A stretch of 35,754 bases of DNA, taken from positions 92,237,140 through 92,272,893 of the forward strand of contig NC_068986.1 in assembly GCF_001194135.2 (NCBI RefSeq). Direction: 5' to 3'. The position numbers were made by a program, and so were the translations under genes. This DNA comes from Octopus bimaculoides (lineage: Eukaryota). Positions within the stretch are counted from its first letter, which is position 1. Every line of letters starts with the position of its first letter. A model generated the notes under the pieces. It saw only the letters and a list, made by a program, of their open reading frames with translations. It had not been told where the DNA came from and did not search any database. Below, piece by piece: positions 1 to 9,140 of the stretch.

Positions 1-340
1 GTGTGTGTATGTGTGCGTATGTATACTTATATAAACGAAAGTGCTGTTAAGTATTAGCCGGCGTGGGTCTTTCTTCTTTTCAAATTGTGCTGTCGGGTGT
101 AGCAGGTCCACCCCTATTCCCATTTTGAATACCACTCGGGATCCTTCGAGTATTTCAGCACAATTTATTTTGTCGGTACATCTACTAAGCTGAAACGAAT
201 TACGAGTACTGCCTTAGGGAAGCTTTCAATAGGTCCATACCTTTGAGGGTGATATTGTTTTTTTAATTGTTTGCGGTACCCATGTACATACGCGTGTGTG
301 TCCCTATGCATGCATATGTGTGTGTGTATGTATGTGTTTA

Positions 341-756
341 GTGACTGGTGACGAGAAATGGGTTTTCTATAAAAATGTTAAGCGTCGAAGACAGTGCGTA
401 GGGAAAATAGAAAGACCGGCACCCTAGGCTAAAGAAGGTGTTGTTATCTGTTTGGTGGGATAGGAAAGGTTTAGTCCACTTTGAACATTTAAACCCAAAC
501 GAAACAATATAAAAGGAGATCTGCTGCGAGCAGCTTGAATGGCTTAAGTCAGCGCTGGAAGAAAAACGACCGTTTTTGGTTTCAAGATGAAAAGTGTCCT
601 TCCATCATGACAATGCTTGGCCACATACAGCAAGGATGACATTCCAAAGGCTAGAGCAGTTTGAATGGGAAATGATGCTCCACCAACCATATTCACCGGA
701 CATTGCTTCATCTGATTATCATTTATTCCGTAGTCTTCAAAATTATTTGGACGGAA
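341..756 (+). mobile_element. Mariner (DD34D) transposase catalytic-domain pseudogene fragment
   Basis: Manual translation: VTGDEKW (D1 350-352), KKVLLSVWWDRKGLVHFE, EQLEWLKSALEEKRP, FHHDNAWPH (D2 609-611), PYSPDIASSDYHLFRSLQNYLDG (D3 714-716). Exactly 34 residues lie between D2 and D3. Contains stops and a frameshift; no TIRs seen. Confidence 0.95.
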
Positions 757-1630
757 GCAGTTTTCAATTATGATCCAGCGGTTCATTATGCAAATGACAC
801 TAGAGTTTCCATTGGTACAATGACAACTGAGTGCATTCATTGTAAAGCAAAGAAGTGGCCTAGAGAGACATCTCCACTGTACTGCAGTGGTGGAAAGGTT
901 AAACTCCCTGCAATCCCCCAACCTCCAGAGCCATTGAAGAAACTGTTGTCATCAACTGACCAAGATTCCAAGCACTTCCAAAACAAAATTAGACAATACA
1001 ATGCTGCACTACAGATGATATCATCTGGAGCCACAAGAGATATAACTGAGCCAGGATTCATGTAAACTTTCAAGGTCCAAGGTCAGATTTATCATCGGAT
1101 TGGCTCTCTGCTACCTCTGTCAAATGATTCACCAAAATTCCTTCAAATATATTTTATAGGTGATTCTCAACAAGAGCAAGAGAGGTGCAAGAACATTTCT
1201 GGCATCAGGATGAACATTGTAGTGTCTCTGCAAATGATGCTGCATAACAACAACCTGATCAGAAGCTTCAAGACTGCACTTGAAACAATTCCACCTGGCT
1301 CCATGGATTACAAGGTAGTTATTAAGTCAGACAAGAAACCATCTGGTTAGCATGGAGGGAGGTTTAATGCGCCAACAGCAAATGAAATAGCTGTACTTCT
1401 GGTTGGGCAAGAACATGACAAGCGTATCATTGTCCTCCATCTCAGAGAAAGCACCCTAACAGACACAGTCCGACTACTAATGGAAGCTCCCAAAAAATAC
1501 CACATTCACAGCATTCTTCAAAGCTCTGTCAACTATTTATATTATTTACATTTGACGGATATTTGTACTCATCTTGTTTGTTGTTAAAAAATATATAGTA
1601 TTTGCAAGTGGAAAGGGCTTTCGTCACTAG
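757..1630 (+). mobile_element. Internally deleted Helitron: RepHel N-terminal region, post-Rep linker piece and candidate 3' end
   Basis: One frame from 757 to ~1460 with two stops (1063, 1348): AVFNYDP..IGTMTTECIHCKAKKW..CSGGKVKLP..HFQNKIRQYN..TFKVQGQIYHRIGSLLP..KFLQIYF..RFNAPTANEIAV. Then EAPKNTTFTAFFK-LCQ (frameshifted, ~1483-1530). Ends in hairpin gaaag-gg-ctttc (1611-1622) and CTAG (1627-1630) followed by T. Confidence 0.88.
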
Positions 1631-1639
1631 TTTGTGGTT

Positions 1640-1835
1640 GTCTCACACTGAGGAGGGATAATTCAGAAACCTGGGTCTGTGAGTATCACGTAAGGCTAGA
1701 GATGGGAGCGATGACCTCCCTTGCAAATGCTATACAGACACAAACTGTGTGTCGAAAGCCAGCTGGAAAAGATGTTTTCCTGGGGCTAAAACAACTGTAA
1801 CATAGTCATTTATAGGACTGCCACATTCTGTTGGC
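1640..1835 (+). repeat. Dispersed repeat, family G
   Basis: Reverse-complement homologue at 23137-23325; shared core gccagctg(g/a)aaaagatgttttcctgggg. Confidence 0.8.
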
Positions 1836-1900
1836 ATATAAACACTACTATCTGGAACTGTTACTGTATATCTCTCACTTAGAGATTTAANNNNNNNNNN

Positions 1901-1957
<57 letters not shown>
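1901..1957. repeat. (TC)n microsatellite next to a gap
   Basis: Seen directly. Confidence 0.98.
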
Positions 1958-1961
<4 letters not shown>

Positions 1962-1974
1962 GTGTGTATATGTG

Positions 1975-2178
1975 TGTGTGTCTGTGTTTGTCCCCACCCC
2001 CACGACTTTTGGCTTGTTTAGGTTTCTGTAACTTAGCGGTTCAAGCTCGTCAGAATAAGTACCGGATTTAAAGATAAAAAATAAGTCCTGTGGTCGATTT
2101 ATTCGACTGAAAAACTTTCAAGAAGGTGTTTCCAGTTATGGCGGCGACCCAACAACTTAGACAAGTAAAAGATAAAGG
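1975..2178 (+). mobile_element. SINE family B, 3' half
   Basis: gtaacttagcggttc..agaataagtacc..ggtcgatttattcgact..aagtaaaagata, homologous to the 3' half of 3312-3714. Confidence 0.75.
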
Positions 2179-2487
2179 CTACGTCCACAAATTAGAAAGT
2201 GTATTGTGTGCACAAATAATTAATTCATGACCTATTTATGGAGACTAATTAAGCGTTGCAACTATCAATGATTAATATGCTTAATTTAGCATAGTCTATT
2301 TGTTATAAATGATTTTATGCATTGATAATATTTGGAAACAGAGATTCAAGGTGAAGCGTTATAGAATTAGAATGAATTCTACTGGATTCCACCTTGAAAC
2401 CCTATTTTTAAAGGCTAGTTGTGCTTTAAATCATTTTGATAAATAGAGTGTGCAAAGAAGGTCAATTATTCAAGCGAATAATATATA

Positions 2488-2663
2488 AACCTTTATAATT
2501 CTGGCATAAGCCCAGCAATTTTGGTGAAGTGTAAGTCGATGGTGTCGACCCAGTATCCAACTGGTACTTATTTTATTGATCCTTGGAAAGAAAGGATGAG
2601 CGGCAAAGTTAACCTCAGTCAATCTTTTAACTCGAACGTAAACCTGGAAGAAATATCGCTAAA
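2488..2663 (-). mobile_element. SINE family A, partial and diverged
   Basis: gtcgacccagt..actggtacttatttt..aaaggatga..ggcaaagt matches the family A body. Confidence 0.7.
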
Positions 2664-2674
2664 CGAGTAATATA

Positions 2675-3274
2675 CAGGGTGTCCCAAAAGTTACTGAGCA
2701 GTTTCAATTTTTAATAACTTCCTTAACTTTACAAATAAATGCACGAAATTTTGATACAATATAAAGGACATAATGGAAATTAATATGCACAAGTCAAAGT
2801 TTGCAACACCACTATATCACATATGAATAATAACATCGCTTGAATGGCAGCCATTTTCGGCTTCGCACGCCCGTACTCTTTCCAAAACTTGCACCATAAT
2901 GTCCTCAAGAGTTTCAGACTCGACTTCTCTGATTTCTTTTTTGATGTTCTTCATTTTCACCAGGGCTTCTGGTTTATTGACGTAAACCCTTTCTTTCAGG
3001 TATCCTTACAAGAAAAAATCCGGGCTAGTCAAGTCTGGGGAACATGAAGGCCAGTTGACATGGCCGTAACGGGAGATTATTCTCTCTCCAAAGCACTGCC
3101 GTAGCAACTGCATTGTTTCTCTTGTGGTATGAGCAGTTGCCACATCTTTCTGGAACCATGTGTGAGGTTTACTTTGAATGTCCTTTATATTGTATCAAAA
3201 TTTCATGCATTTATTTGTAAAATTAAGGAAGTTGTTAAAGATTGAAAACCATCAGTGACTTTTGGGACACCCTG
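2675..3274 (-). mobile_element. Non-autonomous Tc1/mariner DD41D (rosa/Visitor-like) element, internally deleted, both ends intact
   Basis: TA at 2673-2674 and 3275-3276; ~97-bp TIRs (2675-2771 and 3178-3274) starting cagggtgtcccaaaag. Minus frame ~3170 to 2817 reads WFQKDVATAHT..NWPSCSPDLTSPDFFL*GYLKERVY..NGCHSSDVIIHM*. 41 residues lie between D (3144-3146) and D (3018-3020). Confidence 0.93.
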
Positions 3275-3311
3275 TATAATAATACATATATCATCACAGC
3301 ATGTGTACATA

Positions 3312-3714
3312 GGTGCAGGCATAGCTGTGTGGTTAAGGAGTTCTCTTCGTAAGCACGTAGTTTCGGGTTCAGTCTCACTGCACAGCATCTTGGGCAAGTA
3401 TCTTCTACTATTGCCCCGGGCCGACCTATACCATGTGAGCGGATTTGGTGGAAGGAAACTGTGAGGAATCTCATCGTATATGCATACATGAATGTGTGTA
3501 TGTGTGTGTCTTTGTGTTTGTCTTCCTCACCCACCGCTTCACAACCGATGTTGGTTTGTCCACATCTTTGTAGGTTAGTGGTTCGGCAAAAACAGACCGA
3601 TAGAACAAGTACCAGTCTTACAATGTGTAATGGGGTGGACTTGTTCGACTATAACCCATCAAGGCGGTACCCCAGCATGGATGCAATCCGACAAGTTAGA
3701 AGATAAGAGAAGAT
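3312..3714 (+). mobile_element. SINE family B, near full length
   Basis: tRNA-like head (gctgtgtggttaag; gggttcagtctc), ttgggcaagt segment, internal (TG/TA) tract and purine-rich tail. Confidence 0.85.
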
Positions 3715-3799
3715 ATTCATTCTTAATATGTCCCAGCAGGTTCGAACGGGAATATGCTGATCTCTGTTATATTTTGTCATTGGAGAATTATATATATAT

Positions 3800-4111
3800 T
3801 TTTTGCTCTTTTATTTGTTCCAGTCTTTAGATTATGGCCATGCTGGTGCTTATTCTATCAGTTTCTCTTGCCGAACTGCTAAATTACGGGAACGTAAAAC
3901 AAACCAATAACGGTTGTGAAATGGTGGTAGGGCCCAATTGCAAACACGCGCGCGCGCGCGCGACGGACTTCTTTCAGTTTCTGTCTTTTAAATTCATTCA
4001 CAAGGCTTTGGCCGACCCGAGACTATAGGGGAAGATACTTGGTCATGGTATCCTGCTGTGGGACTGAACCTGGAACCATGAGGTTAGGAAGCAAACTTCT
4101 TACCACATACC
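3800..4111 (-). mobile_element. SINE family B
   Basis: Reverse-complement homology to 3312-3714 and 14358-14578. Confidence 0.85.
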
Positions 4112-4130
4112 ACACAGACATACATGCATT

Positions 4131-4159
4131 ACACACACACATACACACACACACACACA

Positions 4160-4202
<43 letters not shown>
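4131..4202. repeat. (CA)n microsatellite
   Basis: Seen directly. Confidence 0.98.
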
Positions 4203-4207
<5 letters not shown>

Positions 4208-4227
4208 TATATATGAATATGAATAAA

Positions 4228-4443
4228 GGCAGCGAGCTGGCAGAATCGCTAGCACGCCGGGCGAAATGCTTAGCGGTATTTCGTCTGCCGTTACGTTCTG
4301 AGTTCAAATTCCGTCGAGGTCAAGCTTGCCTTTCATCCTTTCGGGCTCAATAAAATTAGTACCAGTTATGCACTTGGGTTGATGTAATCAACTTAATCCC
4401 TTCCCCAAAATCTGAGGCCTTGTGCTTCCAATAGAAAGGATTA
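4228..4443 (+). mobile_element. SINE family A, full length
   Basis: A-box-like tggcagaatcg, B-box-like gagttcaaattcc, central gcctttcatcctttcggg..aagtaccag, tail agaaaggatta. Confidence 0.9.
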
Positions 4444-4779
4444 TATACATACATATGTACATACATATGTTTTTAATACATGTATGTATAAATTTTTCTT
4501 TATATTGAGTGAAAATTAAGAGAAATAACTCAAAGTGGCCAGAGACATAATTGAACAGCGAAGACGTCTCCTTATTTGGAATCGCTCCCTATTGCTACAA
4601 AGCGATTATTGTACTTTATTTAGAAGCGGGGTTAATTGCAATAAATTGAAGAATTTAATCTGTAAGATATTTAATAACTTACCCTGCGCTCGTGAAGTAA
4701 TATTTTCTTCACGTCTTCGACTGTGGACTGAATGTGTAATACATATTAATCCTTTTTACTAAAGGATTAATATGTATTA

Positions 4780-4980
4780 TTTTTACTAAAGGCACACCTT
4801 TTGGGTGAGTGGGATAGTTGATTACATCGACTCCAGTGCTCGACTGGTACTTTTTCATCGACCCCTAAAGGATAAAAGGCAAAATCGACCTCGTTGGGAT
4901 TTGAACTCAGAACGTAAAGACGAGTGAAATGCTACTTAGTATTCTGTCTGGCACGGTAACGATTCAGCTAACTCACCGCC
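4780..4980 (-). mobile_element. SINE family A (array copy 1)
   Basis: Reverse complement of the family A head and body. Confidence 0.88.
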
Positions 4981-5002
4981 TTAATGCAATGCATAATAAT
5001 AA

Positions 5003-5230
5003 TAATCCTTTCTACTAAAGACACAAGGCCTGAAATTTGGTGGTACGGGGGGGGGGGCGGTACTAGTCGATTACATCGACCCCAGTGTGAAACTGGTACT
5101 TAATTTATCGACTCCGAAAAGATGAAAGGTAAAGTCGATCTCGGCGGAATTTGAACTCAGAACGTAGCAACGAGCGAAATACCGCTAAGCATTTCGCCCA
5201 GCGTGCTAACGATTCTGCCAGCTCACCGCC
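5003..5230 (-). mobile_element. SINE family A (array copy 2)
   Basis: Reverse complement of the family A head, body and tail. Confidence 0.9.
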
Positions 5231-5250
5231 TTAGTGCAAAGCATAACAAT

Positions 5251-5450
5251 AATCTTTTCTACTCTAGGCACAAGGCTCGAAATTTTTGGGGAGGGGGCTA
5301 ATCGATTAGATCGACTTCAGTACGCAACTGGTACTTAATTTGTTGACCCCGAAAGGATGAAAGGTTAAGTCGACCTCGGCGGAATTTGAACTCAGAACGT
5401 ATTGACAGACGAAATACCGCTGAGCACTTCGCCCTGCGTGCTAACGTTTC
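5251..5450 (-). mobile_element. SINE family A (array copy 3, lacking the first ~15 nt)
   Basis: Head stops at gtgctaacgtttc, where the tail of copy 4 begins. Confidence 0.88.
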
Positions 5451-5689
5451 TTATTTCTTATTTCTTTATTGCCCACAAGGGGCTAAACATAGAGGGGACA
5501 AACAAGGACAGACAAAGGGGTTAAGTCGATTACATCGACTCCAGTGCGTAACTGGTACTTAATTTACCGACCCCGAAAGGATGAAAGGCAAAGTCGACCT
5601 CGGCGGAATTTGAACTCAGAACGTAGCGGCAAACGAAATACCGCTAAGCATTTCGCCCGGCCTGCTAACGATTCTGCCTGCTCGTCGCC
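5451..5689 (-). mobile_element. SINE family A variant with a different tail (array copy 4)
   Basis: Same head and body; tail reads gtttagccccttgtgggcaataaagaaataagaaa on the minus strand. Confidence 0.9.
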
Positions 5690-5716
5690 TTAGTGCAATG
5701 TGTAACAATTAATCTT

Positions 5717-5856
5717 AATCCGCCGGGTTCGACTTTGCCTCTCATTCTCTCATGGTGAATAAAATAACCACCAACTGAGCACTGGTGGTCGATGTAATCG
5801 ACTTACCCCATCCCCTGAAATTACTGGCCTTGTGCCAAAATTTGAAATCAATAATA
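5717..5856 (+). mobile_element. SINE family A, 5'-truncated and diverged
   Basis: gttcgactttgcc..ggtcgatgtaatcgactta..ggccttgtgccaaaatttgaaa. Confidence 0.75.
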
Positions 5857-6511
5857 ATCTCGATGGTAGCTTGTTCTCTTGTTCTAATATCGTTCACACA
5901 CCCCGAGTGATTAATTTTTATTCTTTGTTGAAGGCATCAGAGAACGAAACAATGAAAGTCACACAGTCTTTTATAGTTTTTGATATGATTCAGAGACCTC
6001 GTGCACGCGTAAATAAATGCATTCGATTTATGTTTTACATAAATTATTGTAACTGTTTGNNNNNNNNNNNNNNNNNNNNNNNNNNNNNNNNNNNNNNNNN
6101 NNNNNNNNNNNNNNNNNNNNNNNNNNNNNNNNNNNNNNNNNNNNNNNNNNNNNNNNNNNNNNNNNNNNNNNNNNNNNNNNNNNNNNNNNNNNNNNNNNNN
6201 NNNNNNNNNNNNNNNNNNNNNNNNNNNNNNNNNNNNNNNNNNNNNNNNNNNNNNNNNNNNNNNNNNNNNNNNNNNNNNNNNNNNNNNNNNNNNNNNNNNN
6301 NNNNNNNNNNNNNNNNNNNNNNNNNNNNNNNNNNNNNNNNNNNNNNNNNNNNNNNNNNNNNNNNNNNNNNNNNNNNNNNNNNNNNNNNNNNNNNNNNNNN
6401 NNNNNNNNNNNNNNNNNNNNNNNNNNNNNNNNNNNNNNNNNNNNNNNNNNNNNNNNNNNNNNNNNNNNNNNNNNNNNNNNNNNNNNNNNNNNNNNNNNNN
6501 NNNNNNNNNNN

Positions 6512-6553
<42 letters not shown>

Positions 6554-6790
6554 GTATATATATATGTATGTATATATGTATGTATGCATATATATATGTA
6601 TGTATGTATATATATATATGCATGTATACATATATGTATGTATGTATATATATATATGTATGTATATATATATATGTGTGTGTGTATATTTTTATATATA
6701 TGTGTGTATTTATGAACACATGAGTATATGTGTATGTAGATATGCATACATATGTATTTATGTATTCACGCACGCGCACATGCATATATG
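6512..6790. repeat. Compound (TA)/(TATG)/(TG) microsatellite flanking gap 6060-6511
   Basis: Seen directly. Confidence 0.9.
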
Positions 6791-6949
6791 TCCATGTATA
6801 TTTATGTACTTGCCTATTTTGTGTGTACGTGCGCATGTGTCCGTGTGTCGGTGTACCTCTGTTTGTTCTTACGACATCCAACTGTAAACTGATATTAGTT
6901 CAGTCAGCAATGATTCACGCATGCATTTATTGTGAAGATAGCAAGATTT

Positions 6950-6981
<32 letters not shown>

Positions 6982-7152
6982 TCACTCCTCCCCCGCTCTT
7001 TCTGCACACGCTAACTCGTTCCAAACTTACAAAATAGTGAGTTTGTGTGTGTATGTGTGTGTGTGTGTGTGTGTGTGCGCACGCGCGCATGTACGTGCGT
7101 CTTGTGAGGATGTTAACGAATATATGAAATAAAAGAAAAAAATTTACTTAGG

Positions 7153-7220
<68 letters not shown>
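7153..7220. repeat. (CAT)n microsatellite
   Basis: Seen directly. Confidence 0.98.
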
Positions 7221-7328
7221 CTGCAGCCCCCGCCGCTGCCGCCTTTGCCACCTCCGCCACTAAAGCTACTGTCACCAGAATCTTTGGAGCGCCGGAAAAA
7301 TGCATTGCAATCTTTCCTTTTTAGCTGA

Positions 7329-7525
7329 GGCGGCGAGCTGGCAGAAATGTTAGCACGCCGGGCTTAGCGGCATTTCGTCCTTCTTTAGGTTCCGACTTCA
7401 GATTCTGCCGAGGTCGACTTAACCTTTCATCCATTCGAGATCGATAAAATAAGTACCAGTTGGGTACTGGGTTCGATGTAATCGACCGACCCCCTCTCCT
7501 GAACTTGCTGGCCTTGTGCCAAAAT
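7329..7525 (+). mobile_element. SINE family A
   Basis: ggcggcgagctggcagaaatgttagcacgccggg..aagtaccagttgg..ggccttgtgccaaaatt; a second partial head follows at ~7535-7585. Confidence 0.85.
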
Positions 7526-7574
7526 TCTGGTTCTACATTCTGATTTCGAACCACGCCGCGATCGACTTTGCTTT

Positions 7575-8770
7575 TATTCTTCGACCTCTCTCACCTCATA
7601 GTAACATCAGACCACAAATTTCTCAAACTTATCCATAAACCCGGGCCGAAAATCTATCAGGTGATTCTTGTCGACGCCCAGATTTGTTCCTGAGAATATC
7701 AACACCGCTTTCTCCCATCAGACCTCGATAGAATGCTTAACGTACGGTAATGGGCTGTAAGTTCCTAACAACATTCTAGGCGCCTTGGTTCAAGACAGCA
7801 GCTCTGTCAAAGAAACGTGCTGTAGGAAAAAGTATCTGACAAAGAGCTTGTGTATTTACTTACCATCCAGGAGTCTTTGCAGATGCCATAAACTCATCAT
7901 ACCGAGTTCTCTGTGCAGAAACTGATGGCAGCTTTTGCATCACCCGATCTGTGGAAAGAGTCTCTTCTATAAGAAGTAAAAGCATAGATGCTCTAATATG
8001 GTCTGAGAAAAATAACCAAAAAACTCAAGCATGACGTCACGGCTCTTCATATGCTGAACTGCAAGTCCATCGACCTGTCTGGCTTAATCTTTGCCCCTGT
8101 CACTATCTCGTATTTTCTAATGTGGTGCCGACGACTTCGGATTTATGATGTTCGATAATTATACGGAAGGTAGCGTCATCTGCATATGCCCGACGCAGCT
8201 CTACCTCACCTCAGTTCGAACGAGATGCCTGTCTACACACCTAATTTCGCAGGAATGAAAGATAATATCCTTGAGGGACAAATCGTGTGCTTCGAAACGG
8301 TTTCGAAAAGTGTCCATTTAGTCTAACCACGAAGCAGATGTCAATGTACATTGAAGAGGTCCAAGCTCTGAGATCTGGATTGTAATATGATTGCTTTGAG
8401 GACAAATGCCAAACAGTGACTGCCGACACTATCGAACACTTTCGAGTTGTTAGATTCATCAGAACCTCATCGAATCCAGCTTTGTTATTCTCAATTCCCA
8501 CCATGTACCAGACGAGGTGGAGTTGTGGATAAATTTACTTGGAGTCACGCAGATGTGCTCTTTTCCGACGAAATTACAAACGACAAGCGCCCATCTTTTG
8601 CCAGCCCATTGGCTAAAACATTAAATACTGCATTTAGTAGAGGTATGGACCAGAAATTATCAGCTACGACGTCTCTGTTTCCTTGGTACTGCTAAGGAGA
8701 CAAGGGCATCATGACTGGTGCAACTTTCCTTAACAGTGGTACCATTCGTGATTCCAATTTTACAGACAGT
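7575..8770 (-). mobile_element. L1/Tx1-clade non-LTR ORF2 reverse transcriptase, decayed
   Basis: Minus strand, with frameshifts: PLLNAVFNVLANGLAK (RT domain 1-2 like), KAGFDEV, VRLNGHFSKPFRSTRFVPQGYYLS, AYADDATF (YADD at 8175-8186), YEIVTGAKIKPDRS, FGPG-MDKF. Confidence 0.88.
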
Positions 8771-9030
8771 TGCCGATGTCAGTCAGCGGAGTCGATCTCA
8801 GCGGTATTTGGATATTTGAACTGAGCATGTAGCGGAATATTAGCAAATTATGAAATCTGTTTCTCTGTTGCTCAATCATTTCTGCAACTCAACTGCTGAT
8901 GTTTGCAGTAGAGTGCCAGAGATTGCAGAACAACAAAATAAAAGGATTTGACAAGATCAGCATATCTTATTGACTTGAGTATTATTAGCAGTAACCAAGC
9001 CTATAACGTATGAAATAGTAATAGTTGTAA

Positions 9031-9140
<110 letters not shown>

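Noticed and set aside
4023-4353. Poly-CV/HT/YI/I/N/L ORFs here and elsewhere
   Set aside because: Translations of microsatellites and SINE sequence.
4780-5709. CRISPR-like repeat/spacer appearance
   Set aside because: Eukaryotic DNA; the long units are homologous SINEs, the short units are degenerate, and no cas genes are present.
5832-6887. Long ORFs spanning N runs (also at 23.6-24.9, 26.6-27.4, 28.3-29.3, 30.9-31.4, 32.7-33.2 and 34.0-34.8 kb)
   Set aside because: They are open only because N and dinucleotide tracts contain no stops.
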